NCBI GenBank assembly: GCA_004431415.1
Contig: QPMI01000326.1
Location: 1 to 50,334 of the forward strand
Origin: Cyanophora paradoxa CCMP329
Taxonomy: Eukaryota; Plantae; Glaucophyta
DNA length: 50,334 nt
Direction of reading: 5' to 3'
Shown piece by piece: positions 11,201 through 26,715 of the stretch; position 1 is the stretch's first letter, and every line of letters begins with the position of its first letter. The position numbers and the translations under genes are program-made. The notes below the pieces were generated by a model. It did no database searches and was not told the DNA's origin. It saw nothing but the letters and a program-made list of their open reading frames with translations.

Positions 11201-13449
11201 GCGCCCCTCGCGCTCAGCGGCGCCCAGCTCGGCGCGGCGCGGCGTCGGGAAGGGACCGTCGAGGAAGAGGACGAGGCCGCCGGGGACGGCCTCGGCGAGC
11301 TTGCCGAGGGGCGGGGCCGACCAGCTCTGCTTGGGGGCGGCCGCGGCGGCCTGCTCGGGGGGCAGCGCGTCCAGCACCTCCTCCAGCAGGCGCCCCTTCA
11401 CCGCGCCCCACTCCGCCGAGAACTGCGCATGCCCCGCCCCGCTCGAGCGGGCGGCGGTAGCGGGGCGCGAGGGGTGCGCTCGAGGGCGCGGGGGGGCGGG
11501 CCTCGGTGCCGGCGACGAAGTGGAGGACGGCGGGGCGCTCGGCGGCCGCCTTGAGCGCGGCACGCGCCATTACCGACGTCTTCCCGCCCCCGGGGCCTGC
11601 CACAGCCCCGCGCCCCCTTGGAACGGCGGCGCGGGCGCGCGGCCTCGCATAAGCGGCCTGCGCGCACGGCCGGTGACGAGGAGGACGTTGGAGGGGGGCA
11701 GGCTCTCGGGTCCGCCCCGGCCCTTCTTCGCGTCCTTGGCGGGGGCGGCGTAGGGGCGGAGGAGGCCGGCCTGCGGGGCCCGCCCGCACGCGAAGTCGGC
11801 GATGGCGTCGACGAGGGCCTCCCGCCCCACGCAGCGCCCCGCCAGCCGCTCGCACAGCAGCCGCTGCGCCGCCCGCTCGGGAAAGGCCCCCCGCACGCCC
11901 TGCCCCAGCGAACGCTGCAGTGCGGCCGTGAGGCGGGGCGCGGGGCGGGAGCGGATGGAAGAGCGGGGGCGGGCCTCGGGGTCGGCCTGCCCCGCGGGCG
12001 GGCGGCCTCGGCGGCGGCCCGCAGCGCCTCAAAGACCGCCGCCCCGAACTCCTCCAGGCCCGCCGTCGCCGGCGGCCCGGGGCCCCCGCGCCCCCGTACC
12101 GGCATCCGTATGCCACCGTCTGCCGCCCCGGCGCGTGAGCGGGGCCGGGAGGGCTGCGGGCGAGGCGGGGCGGGGCGCGGGGGGCTGGCCTTGCAGCGGG
12201 GGTGGGCGGCGACGCGGGCGCGGAGGGCGTCCTGCCGCGCGGGGTTGTCGGCCGCGAAGACCGCCCGCCCCGCCTCGTCCTCGATCTGCCCCGCGCCCCG
12301 CCCCGCCCCCGCCTCAGAAAGAGCGTTGGCGGGGGGCGGGGGCCGGGAGCGGGGCGGACGGCGGCGGCGAAGCCGGGGTCGCGGAGGAAGGCGAAGGCGC
12401 GGGGGGCGGGGCCCTCGCCGGCCTCCCCCGCCCCCAGCAGCCCGTACCACACCTCGAGCTCCGTCACGCTCTCCCCCAGCGGCCACCGCCGCAGCCACGC
12501 GTACCTGCCCCGCCCTCAGGCGAGAGGCCGGGGGGAGGGCGGGGGCCGGCGCGCCGCTCGAGGTCGTCGTCGGTCATGGCCGGGGGCAGGTAGGTGCGCT
12601 CGGGGACCCAGCCGTAGCGCGCCCCCAGCAGGCACACGAACCACGGCCGGCACCGCCGGATCTCGTCCTGCGCCCCGCCCCTCTGCCTCCCAGCCCCGCG
12701 GGGCCGGGGCGGCGGGGAGCGGGGCGTACGAGGCAGCAGAGGACGGCGCCGCGGCCGGAGGCGGCCGTGTCCTCCTGCGTGAGGCCCCAGCGCAGGTCCA
12801 CGCACGTGAAGCGCGTCCGCCGCGCCCGCCCGTACTCCCCGTTCAGCCGCGGGAAGACGATCTGACGCGCCCAAAGCCGGCGATCAGCCGGGGCGCCGGG
12901 CGGGGCGGGGCGGGCGGGGCGGGCGGGCCTTGTTGAGGCAGTCGCGCTCGCCATGCATGTCTTTGAAGGTCGAGGATATGAAGACACGCACGTCCCGCCA
13001 CGCCCCGCCCTCCCCCGCCGGCCCCCGCTCCCGCTCCTCCGCCCGCGCCAGCTCCGCCGCCACCGTCGCCCGGAGCTGCGCCTCTGCCTCCTCCCGCGAC
13101 GGCGGCAGCGAGTAGTCCCGCCCCTCCAGCGGCCCTCCCGCCCCGCCCACCGGCGCCGCGTGCGACGGCCCCGCCGCCGCTGCTGGCCGCGCCGGCGCCG
13201 AGGCCGGAGCTCGAGTTGGGCCTGCGCCCGCGGGGGCGGTAGGCGCGGACACCCTCCGAGCAGCGGCGGGCTTTGCGGTGGCCACGGGAGCGCGGGGCTT
13301 CGAGGAGACCTGCGCACGCGCGCGCTCAGCCGAAGGTCAGCGAGGCGCCGCCGGTCGACGGCATTCGGAGGCCGTGAGCAGTCCAGCTGCGTATGCAGCC
13401 GCGCGTTACTCGCCTTGATCGGCTCGCCGGGCTTCCGCTGCTGCGACAT
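8292..13449 (-). CDS. STAND/NLR-like protein: DUF4062 - NACHT (TEP1/NPHP3-type) - RI-like LRRs - unknown C-terminal domain
   Basis: DUF4062 signature VRVFISSTFKDMHGERDCL..VDLRWGLT..CL|DEIRRCRPWFVCLLGARYGWVP..SVTELEV. Walker A is VLLVTGRPGGGKTS (spliced) and Walker B is LVLFLDG|VNQV, followed by PLYLRIAVDELLVFG. LRRs: LVVLDLAGMEI, LRGLSLADNRL, LRRLDVSGNKL, LEALYVDLDNV. Confidence 0.8.
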
Positions 13450-13911
13450 CGCCGCCGCGTCGCTCCGCTAGCGCTGTTCGGAGGCAAGCGCTTATCCAAA
13501 CCCGATCTTCTACCGCTGGCGCTCAAACAAAGGCCACTGTGGTGCTGTTCAAGGCCCTGCACTGGGCCTGCAGCGTCTGCGGCAAGCGTCAGCCGGCGAC
13601 GGAAAGCTGCAGCGAAGAAAGCTCCGAGGATCGAACGCGACGCCGACGGACCTCGTTTGCACGAGCGATCGGCTGAAGTCGACCAGCACCTCGTTCTTGA
13701 GCCCCGGGCCAGTCGACCGCCGATCAAGATAAAACCCGAAGTACCCACGCAAGACCCCTTCCCCCTCTGCGGCTTCTTCCCCCCGTTCTGGACTTTGCTG
13801 TGGCGCCGGCGGCGGTGGCCATGGGCGCGGCCCACTGCATGCGCAGCGGAGAGCCTCCGAGTCGGCTGCCCATGCGACACGAGAGTGCATTGACTCGAGA
13901 GGAGGGGGGAG

Positions 13912-15357
13912 CTACCAGTAGGGCCCCGGGGGAGGGCCGTGGTGGTGGGGCGGCCCGGGCGGCATCCCGTGCGGCGGCGGCGGGCCCCACTCGGGCTCCT
14001 GCGGGGGCGGCGCCCAGTAGGGGTCCGGCGGGCCCCCGCCCCACGCCGGCGGGCCGGGGCGCTCCCAGCCGCGCGGACCCTCGGGCGGGGGGCCCCACTC
14101 TGGGCCGGGCGGCGGGGGCATCGGGGACCCCACTCCGGGGGACCGGGCGGGCCGGGCGGGCCCCGCCAGTCGGGCCGGGGCCCAATCAGGGGGCCGGGCG
14201 GCCCCGCGGCGGGGGCGGGTACCGGTGCGCCTCGCGATCGGGCGGCGGGTAGGGCCCGTGGGGAGGCGGGGCCCGCGGTGCGGCGGGGGCCCCTGCGGAA
14301 CGGGCGGCCCGTAAAGGGCGGCGGCGGGTGCGGTCCCGAGAGGGGCGGCATGGGCGGCGTGGGGAGCAGGCCCTCGCCGTTGCCGCGGGGCCCCGGGCGC
14401 TGGGGGCGGCTGGGGCCGGCGGGGCGGGGGGCCGTGCCTGGGCCCGGCGCCGGCGCCCTGGCGGCCGTGGTGGTGCCCGTGGTGTCCCCAGGCGCGTGCA
14501 CGGGGATCGGCGCCGGCCCGCCCCCGGCCCCGGCCCGGGCCCGGCGGCGGCCCCGCCCGCTGCTGCCCCGGCCCCGGCGGCCTCGACGGCGGAGGGCGGT
14601 TCGGGGCGGCCCCTGCATCGGATCGCGCCCACGCGGGCTGCCGCCTGCGGCGACGGGTGCCGGAGGGCGCCGCTCGGGCGCCGGCCAGTCGGCGCCGGCC
14701 GGCCGCTTGGCCGGCACCGCCGGCGCCTTCGAGTTCGCTGGCGGCGCGCCGTCCGCCGGCTTGCTCGCCGGCGTCTTCGGCGAGGCCGCCGCCTGGCCGC
14801 TCGACGCGGCGGCCGGGGCCGACTGCGGCGCAGAGCCGTCGTGCTTCCGGTACTTCTGGTGCTCTGCGCGGGGGTCGGCACAGGCGCCGCGCTGCTCGCC
14901 ACGGGGCGGCCTCACCGCGCAGCTTGGCCTCAGAGTAGGCGCGGAAGCAACCGGGCGTCTCGCAGACCCACAGCTCGCGGTCTTCGACGCGCTCCAGCTT
15001 CTGGGCGACAGCGCCGCACCTGCACGCGGCTCGCCCGGCGTGGAGCGAGAAGCGAAGAGCTCTCTCACCTGCCGCACTTGCTGCCGTCGCTCATCGAAAT
15101 CTCCGCACAATCCAGACACATCGCGTGCAGGCACGGGTGCTGCGCTGTGTCAGTTGGGCGAATCGGAGGGCAAGCGCCAAGATGCGCACGAAGAGCCCAT
15201 AGATTGCGATCGGCAGATCACATTTGTAGCAGAAATGCGGAGGACCTGCTTGCGTGAATCAGTTCGTTTGCGGGAGCCCGCGGCGAAGCGAACTCTGCTC
15301 ACCGCCGGGTTTTCGGGCTTCGTGATCCGCGCCGACGAGCCCGTCCATGGGAATCAT
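13912..15357 (-). CDS. CBLL1: HAKAI-type RING/C2H2 E3 ubiquitin ligase (m6A writer complex subunit) with Pro-rich tail
   Basis: Spliced translation HFCYKCDLPIAIYGLF|HPCLHAMCLDCA..KCG|RC..WVCETPGCFRAYSEAKLR..HQKYRKH follows the HAKAI RING plus C2H2 pattern (HFCDKCxLPIxIYGRxIPCKHVFCxDCA). Start at 15357 or 15348. Confidence 0.8.
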
Positions 15358-18655
<3,298 letters not shown>

Positions 18656-19112
18656 ACGCGCCCCGGCCCTGCGGCCCCCGCCCCCGCCGATCGACCCCCC
18701 GCCTCCCACCCCGGCCCTGAACCGCCCCGACCCGCCCCCGCGGCCCGCCCCCTCCTCACCACGCCCGCGCGTGCCCCGGCTCCCCCGCCGCCGCCCAGCG
18801 CGCGTTTTTGGCCCACACCGGGCCTCCCGGCTCGAGCTCGCCCTCGTCCCCCCTTCGCCACGTCGCTCCTCACAGATGTAAGTCTTAGTCGTTTAAATTG
18901 GTAAGCAATGACAGTGAGACTTTTAAGAGTTGGTATCGTAATCGAACACGCCCGAAAGCGCGAAGGCACACTGGGCCACTGGGCCAAGATGTGCGCGCGC
19001 TGCGCATGCAGAGCGAGCTAGTGGCTCCGGGCTGCTGGGCCGCGCTAGCGCTAGCGCTGGGCGACGTCCACGTACAGCGTGCAGCGCATGCAGCACGCGG
19101 CGCGCGTGCATG

Positions 19113-19150
19113 ACGTTAACGGTGCAATGCCGGCATTGCACCGTTAACGT
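19113..19150. repeat. Perfect 38-bp palindrome ACGTTAACGGTGCAATGCC|GGCATTGCACCGTTAACGT
   Basis: The right half is the exact reverse complement of the left half, with no spacer. Confidence 0.95.
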
Positions 19151-19203
19151 TCAGGTGCCGTGCATGATCATTATGTGCCCTTCGCGGCAGAACTTTTTAA
19201 GTC

Positions 19204-22200
19204 ATGATCATACCGGGTAGCAGCTTGCCGGGCCCGGGGCCCGGGGGTACCGCTGCGCCCTCTTCGAGTCCCAGCTTGAAGCGGAGCTCTAGGCCCGCTG
19301 GCGACGTTGCCAGTGCCCTTCTTGTCGGGTGCGGTGCCGGTGCCCTACGTACTGGCCTGCCAGGCGTGGGCAGCGCGCTCTGGTGTGCGCAGCGTGAGCA
19401 GCACATTGAAGCTTTAAGGGCGCCCGCGGTGTCGGAAACATCCTTACAAATGCGGTGACAGCTTAGCGGCGCCCTGGATGGAGCCGGGTGCGCTATCCTG
19501 CAGGCTGCTGCGCCAGCTCGCGCTCTTCGGCACAACCGACCGGCACGCTTGCAGGTCCGGCCGCAAGCCCCAGGCGGAAGCCTTTCAATGTAAAGCTCGC
19601 CTTCTACGAGAACGGCGCAAGCTTTCACCAGACAGTGCGGCCAAGATAAGGACACGGCCATGCACGGAGGTTACACGGACTGACGAGCTCGTCGGCAGAG
19701 GCTCAGCCAGTTGTCTGGAGATGAACAAGATGTGCGACAGGCGGCGCGAGCGGCGGCTACGGCGCTGGATGCGACCGGAACGCCGCCGAGGGCCCCCAGC
19801 ACGTCGAGGGCGAGTCTGGCGACGCACGGGCGCGGGGAGCGGGCGCTGAGCCGCGCCGCAGAGCTGGAAGCGGCGCGTGGTGCAGAAGGCGGTTGGGGCG
19901 CGGCGGCAGTCCATCGAGCGCAGCCAGGTGCCGCGCGCGCCACGGCCGTTCGCGGCTGCCACCGGCTTGACCGCGGCGCCGGGCCGGCAGTCGAAAGTGC
20001 GGGAGATTGAGATCGAGGACAGCAACCGGATGTTCGAGTCGCGGACGGCGCTGCGGCGGAGCAACCTGGTGGCGGCGGTCTCCGCCCTCGCCGCCCTCCT
20101 CGTCGTCCTCGTCCAGCAGGAGATCTTCTACCACGCCAAGGAGCAGACCAGCGCCACCGAGGCCATGAAGACCGCCATCTGCGCCCTCGTGCGCCCTCCG
20201 CCCCGCACCCCGCTCGCCGTCACGAGCCGAGCGGCTCACGCCGACTGCGCCGCAGACCGCAGTCGCCCTCTGCGCCGTCGTCTTCAGCTACCGCGCCTGG
20301 GTCGAGATCCGCATCCTCCGCAACCGCGCCCTCCCCACCGGTCCGCACTGTCCCCCGCCGGCCCCCCCGCCGCCGTCGCCTGAGAGGCCGGCGCCGGGGT
20401 CGGGGCGCAGACAACCTGTGGACCCTCGGCCTCGTCCCGTACCTCGCGGTGCCGACCCCGCCCGCCCCGCAGCGCCCCCCGCCTTGACGCCCCGCAGGTG
20501 GAGGTTCTGGTGCTCCTGCTGCAGCCGTACCCCTTCATCCGTGACGTCACCGTCCGCATGGGCACCACCAAGTGCCAGGCGCGGTCCTCCGCCGCCCGCC
20601 GCCCCCCGCCGGCACCGCGCTGACCGCCCTCTCCACCGCGCAGGACGTGCCCCTCAGTGCGCTGGCCGCCGCGCCGCGCCGCGACGCGCCGTGCCTCGCG
20701 GGCTGACGGGACGCGTGCGCAGCGGACCTGGCGGGTGTCTTCATGTGGCTCCGCGTCTACCTGCTGGCCCGCGTCTACCAGGACCACTACTGGAAGCACC
20801 AGATGAAGCGCGCCGCGCCGCCCCCGCCCCCCGCCTCTGCGGCGGCCTGACGCCGGGGGGCGGCAGCTACTTCTACAGCGCGCTGAACGGGGTGGAGCTG
20901 GACATGCAGTTCACGCTGAAGTCGGCGCTGCAGCAGAGCCCCTTCCTCCTCGTCGCCTTCTTCTTCCTCCTCTCCTTCTTCGCCGGCTCCCACGTCATGT
21001 GGGTCCTCGAGCGCAACTGCCCCTTCTCCCAGGTCCCCCCAGCCCCGCCCGCCCCCGCGAGGGGAGCCCCCGCAGGGGGCTCACCCCGCCCCGCCCCCCT
21101 CCCCCAGGTCACCTCCTTCGGCGACTCCATGTGGTCCGCCCCCGCCCCCGCCGCCTCCGCGCGCCGCCCGAGCCCTCCGCGCCCGGCGCAGGCTGATGTT
21201 CGTCTCGATGACCACCGTCGGCTACGGGGACATCGTGTGCGTGCCGCCGCCCCGCCGGGCGGGCGGCGCAGGAGATGGGGAGCGAGGGGGCGGGGCGGGG
21301 CGGGCAGGCCGGTGTCGCAGTACACGCGGATCGTGATCACGGTGGTGATCCTGGCGGGGCTCTCGGTGACCGCCCTCTACCAGACCGTCGTCATCAACTA
21401 CCTCCAGCTCACCGCCCTCGAGCGTGCGCGCCCCCGCGCCCCCGCCCCGCCCCGCGCACCCCCACCCCGCCCGCCCCGACCCCGACGCCGACGCCGACGC
21501 CGCCGGCCGGGGGCGCGCAGGCCGCTTCAGCGAGCTCGTCAGCCGCTCGCGCTGGCGCAACCGCCTCCGCAACGAGGCCGCCGCCGCCATCCAGAAGGTC
21601 TGGCGGGCCCGGCGCGACGCGCGCAAGAAGAACACCCGCGTCGTCGGCAGGGTCCTCTCCGCCATGCGGTCCGCCCCCCCGCCCCGCTCGGAGCCCCGCG
21701 CCGAGGGGCCCTGCAGGCTGCTGCGCCCGCGGACTTCGGCGGCGAGGGCGGGGGCGGAGCAGGCGGGGGCGCGGGGCGCGGACCCCTCGGCCCTCGCGTT
21801 CCCGCCGAGGGCGCCCCGCTCCCGCCCCGCTCCCCGACCCCGAAGCCACCCCGGGCAACCCCGCGCCGGGCCCCGCCGCCGCCCGGCGGGCCTCGGGGCC
21901 GGCGGCGGCGGGTGCGGGGGCCGGGGGGCCGTCGGCGGCGGACCGGGCGGCGCAGCGGCGGCAGCGGCAGGTGGCGCTGCGGCTGCGGGCGATCCGGAAG
22001 CGCGGGAGCGGCAGACGGCGCTGGAGCCGGACACGGGGGCGCTCATCCTCGCCATCCGCGACGACCTCGCCTCCCTCCGCGCCGCCCTCGCCCTCGGGCT
22101 CCCCCACCCGGCCCGCGCCCGCCCCCGCCCCGGCCCCCGCCCCGGCCCGGCACCCGCACCCGCCCCGGCCCCCTCCCCGCCCCTCCCCTCGTCGCGCAGC

Positions 22201-22970
22201 CGGCGCGGGGCGCCCCCGCCGCTGCTGTCCGCGAGGTCGACCTGGAGGCGCGCGCCGCCGCCGCCGTCAATTCGTTCGTCGCCTCCTCCGCCGTCCTCCC
22301 TTCGCGGCGCCGGCCCCCGCGCCCCCGGGCCCCGCCGCTCCCCGCCCTCGTCGCCCCCGCGGGCGCCGCTGAAGCTCGCCTCCTTCGACGCCTCCCGCCC
22401 CCTCCCGCCCCCGCCCCGAACGCGCACGCCCACGCGCACGCCGCCGCCCGCCCCTCCCGCCACACCTCCGCCGTCGGCATGATCCGCTCCGGCAGCTTCC
22501 AGTGCGCACCGGCTCCCCGCGCCCCGCCCGCCCCGCCCCGCCCCGCCGCGGCAAGGCTGACGCGGGGCGGGGTAGGCGGGCGCTGCACCAGGAGGGCCCG
22601 CGGCCGCGCACGAAGGACTTCTTCTCCGAGCTCGACGAGCTCGCCTCCCGCCACCTCTCCGAGGGCGGGCCCCCGGCCCGCGCCCCCCGGCCCCGGCGCG
22701 CTGCCCCCCGGGCCCGCGCCCGGGCCCTCGCCGGGCGGGGACGAGGGGGCGGGGGGCGGGAGCACGGAGGCGCGGCTGGAGGCGCTGGAGGCGTCGAGCG
22801 CGCGGGTGGAGCACCTGCTGCGGGCCCTCGTCTCGGGACTCTCCGCCCTCCGCGGCGCCGGCAACCTCGCGCCCGACCGCAGCCGCGACCGCGAGCCGTC
22901 CCTCCCCGAGAAGGACGAGCTCGAGTTCGAGGCCGACCCCCACCTCAGCCTGGGTCCCAGCCTCCCTTAG
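19204..22970 (+). CDS. SK/KCNN-like six-TM potassium channel with calmodulin-binding/IQ-like segment
   Basis: VEVLVLLLQPYPF, VFMWLRVYLLAR, FYSALNGVELDMQFTLKSALQQSPF (SK S4-S5 linker-like), VMWVLER, FGDSMW|LMFVSMTTVGYGDIV pore, LRNEAAAAIQKVWR, and a C-terminal coiled coil EARLEALEASSARVEHLL. The start is uncertain. Confidence 0.75.
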
Positions 22971-23355
22971 CCCCGGGCCCCGCGGCCCAGCCACCAACCA
23001 GCGACGCGCGCGCGCGAGCTCCGCCCGACCCGCACGTGCACCCGAAGCTCGTACACGTAGCAGTCCCGATGTTTTACTAGTTAAGCGCGCGCGCGCGCGC
23101 GCGAAATTAGGTAGATCAGTGTAAGTGATGCGTTATTAGTATACTGAGAGCATGCCAGTTAGCGGCGCGTCACGGCGGCTGCTTCAGATCGAATTTGCCT
23201 TCAGGGGTACGCCAGTTTGGCTAGGGCACCCATCTGCAGCTGTGGTCGGCGAATTCGCCGCGGCAGCGATGCGAGGCGCACGATCGTTATCTGAATAGCG
23301 GTGAAGATCGGAAGCTTGACGCACAGCCAACGCGCAGCGCCGTTACGAGCTGCGG

Positions 23356-25731
23356 ATGGAGGTGGGGGGCGCCCCTGGCCCGATCACTTTCGAGGGTGGC
23401 ACTGTTCATCTAGAGGGACGACCGCTCGGTCGCGGGCAGTACGGAGTCGTGTACCGCGGTCAGCTAGATGGCCAGGTGCTCGGCCGTCTTTTGCCCTCTC
23501 GCAGCCAGCCGCCCCTTTTCCCTGATCCGGCTCGCCCGCGCTCGCGCAGGTGGTCGCGGTGAAGATACTGAAGGATGGCGTGTTCGGGGAGCGGCTTGCT
23601 CAGGCCCGGGCCGACCTGGAGCGCGAGGTCAAGATCATGCGATCGCTGGACCACCCCAACATCATCCGGCTCATCGGCAGCGGATGTGCCGACGCCGGAG
23701 AAGGCGGCGCCCGGTGCGGCAAGCCGTTTCTGGTCCGTCTGCCCGCCCGGCCGCCCGTAGCGTCGCGTTCACAAGCGCGGCAGATCACTGAGTACGGCGG
23801 GACGCGGACGCTGCGCACGCTGATCGACGGCCTGGTGCAGCAGCCGCTGCCCTTTTCGGTGAAGGAGAGCATCATGGTGCGCCGCCGGCTCCGGCGGGGC
23901 GCCGCGGGGGCGGGGCCGAGCGGCGGGGGCGCAGCTGCAGTGCCTGGAGGCGGTGGCGCACATGCACGGGCGCGGCTTCGCGCACCACGACCTCAAGCCG
24001 GACAACATCTTCCTCCTGGACCGCCCGCAGCCGCCCCCGCCGCCGCAGCCGCGGCCGGCGGAGGCGGCCCCGGCGGCGGCCCCGCCTGCACGGAAGGCAG
24101 CCTCGGGGCTCGGGGCGGAGCTGCGGCGGGCGGAGGCGAGCCGGGGGCGCGGGGCGGAGGGCGGGGAGGAGGAGGCGGTGGCGGTGAAGGTGGGGGACCT
24201 GGGGCTCGCGGACGTGGTCGGGGGCGAGGTGTTCCGGCGGGGCAAGGGGACCGTCCTCTACGCGGCCCCCGAGAGCTTCGAGCACCGCATGGACTTCGGG
24301 TCCGACCTCTGGTCCCTCGGCGTCGTCTTCTACCAGCTGGCCTCGGGCGGGGAGCTGCCCTTCCAGGGCCGCAACGACTCGGGCCTCCGCCGCTCCATCG
24401 CCGAGGAGGAGGTCCGCCCCATCGCCCCCCGCCACGCCGTGCCCCCGCTCTGGAGCCACCTCATCCTCTCCGGCCTCCTCGTCCGCGACCCGTCGCGCCG
24501 CGTCTCCGCCCCCGCCGCCCTCGCCCTCCTCCACGAGCACCGCCTCCACGGCTCCCCCGGCCCCGGCCCCGGCGCGCCCCACTCCGCCGCCTCGTCGCCG
24601 GCCCTCGCCCCCTTGCCGGCCCTCTTCCCGCCCTCGCCGGCGGCGCGGGGCCTGGGCCGGTCGCTGGACGAGCGGGCGATGCGGGCGGGGGCGGGGCGCC
24701 TCTCCCGCCGCGCCATCGCCGACGAGGTCCACCGCCGCCTCACCTCCGACGCCCACGCCGTCCCCGCCTCCCCCCCGCCCTCGCCCCCGCCCCGCTCCAC
24801 CCCGCCTCCGCCCCGGAGGCCGGCGCCGCCGCCGGCGCCATCCCCAGCTCCCCTCGGCGCCGGCGCTCTCGGGCCTGGGCTCGCTCTCGCTGCGGGGCGG
24901 CCCGGGCCCGCCGGGGCCGGGGAGCCCGGGAGGGCCGCGCCTCCCACCAGGACCTCGTCTCCTTCGTCTCCCACCTCGTCGCCCGCTCGGGGCCCGGCCC
25001 CCGGCCCCGCCGCCGCCTCCCCGCCCGCCTTCCCCCGTCCGCCCTCCGCCCGGCCCGCCGCGCCCCAGGGCCGCCCGGCGCCGGCGGGGCTGGAGCTGGA
25101 GGGAATCCCGGAGGCGGCGGGCTCTCGCTGGCGCCCCTCGTGGCCATCCCCGAGGGGCGGCGCGGGAGGAGGGGCCGGGGAGGGGCCGCAGCTGCAGCTC
25201 TCGCCGGCGTGCCCGGCGTCGCCGTCGGCGCTGCAGCGGACGGCGAGCGGGCGCTCCTCGAGCGGCAGCCTCCTCAACCTCGCCCTCCTCGCCGCCGCCG
25301 GCGGCTCCTCCCACGGCGCCACACGCGCCCCGGCGGCTCCACCCGCGGCGGCTTTCTCCTCTCCGCCCCGGCGGCTCCACGCACGGCGGCACCGGCGCCG
25401 GCGGCTCGGTCCACGGCGGCGCCGGCGGCTCGGTCCACGGGGCCGGCGGCTCGCTGCGGGCGGCGACGCGGCGGCGGCGGCCGGCGGGTCGCTGCGGGGC
25501 GGCGAGGCGGGGCTCTCCTCGGCGGAGTCGCTGGAGGCGGAGGGGCGGCGGCGGGGGCACAGCGCGAAGCGGGCGACGCTGGCGGGGCCGGAGGGCGGCC
25601 TCGGGGTGCACCGGAGCGCCTCGAAGCACGGCCTCGATCTCGCCTACCTCCGCTCCCTGGTCGACGAGGCCTCGGGCGCCGGCCCCGGCGCCGCCCCGGG
25701 GCCCCTGCCCCTCCCCGTCGAGCAGCCCTAG
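23356..25731 (+). CDS. Protein kinase (non-RD) with low-complexity C-terminal tail
   Basis: LGRGQYGVVY, VAVKIL, EREVKIMRSLDHPNIIRL, HHDLKPDNIFL, VKVGDLGLA, GTVLYAAPE, SDLWSLGVVFYQL. Confidence 0.9.
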
Positions 25732-25844
25732 CGCCTCGCCCCGCCCGCGACCTTATCCTAGTGACCTTACAATAGCAATACGACAATAATACCGGAACGA
25801 GAACTAGAACTAGAGCGAAGTGGGGCGCGGCGGCGGGCGGGCAG

Positions 25845-26715
25845 TCAGGGGGCCTTGCGCTGGAGCTCGGAGCGGAAGAGGAAGGCGGAGATGCGGAGGA
25901 GCCACTCGGCCAGGACCCCGCCCCCCGCGAGGAAGACCCACGCGAGATACAGCCCGTAGCTGCCGCCGGCTCAGCGGGGGCAGGCGACTCGGGGAGGGAG
26001 GGGCGGGGCGGGGCGGGGCGGGGCGGGACGCACACGGCGGCCGGCTCGGGGCTCCGAGCGGCGAAGAGCAGATCGACGCCGAGGGCGACCTGCGTGATGC
26101 CCAGCACGAGGAGGAGGCGGCCGGCCCAGCGGTGCAGCGCCCCGAGCCCGACGTGCCGCCTCCACAGGCTCGACGCGCCCAGGAAGGCCACGCCGCCGCT
26201 CAGGACCACGACGAAGATGCCGAGAACAGTGTGCGAGTTTCTGTGGCCGATACCGTCCCTCAGCAGGAGAATCGCCGCGATGAACTGCGATCGAACGGGC
26301 GATCAAAACGTGGAGCGCGGGCGGCGAGAGGGACGTTTGAGGGGCGCCGGCGTGCGCGCGCGCCGGGGCGCCCGCGGCTACTGCGTGCGCGGAACGGCGC
26401 GCGCCGGGCCGACACTCCTGATGGGGCGCAGAGCGACCGCGAGAGCTTTCCGCACCTGCAGAATGACGGCGAGAGTCTGGATAGCGATGTGCGCCTTGAG
26501 CCACCAGCGCTGGCGTCTCATAAAGGTCGCCAGGAAGACACCCGCGACCATCAATCCAGGGACCTGCGTGGTTAGGTAAGTCACCGGCGCCGGATTGCGA
26601 GAAGAAGTGTGCGGGCGGCGAGTGCGCTGAAGCACACCGCAATTGCCGCGAGGTTAGCATGCGCGTAATGTATCCTCTCGTAGCCGCCGGTGTGCAGCAA
26701 CGTCCGGCCGGCCAT
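25845..26715 (-). CDS. Cytochrome b561-domain membrane protein
   Basis: Four spaced His in TM context: YAHANLAAIA|VPGLMVAGVF, WWLKAHIAIQ, NSHTVLG, LHRWAGR. Confidence 0.65.

Noticed and set aside
18877-18882. TGTAA as a green-algal-type poly(A) signal (also near 23120)
   Set aside because: Not seen consistently behind the other genes, so support is too weak.
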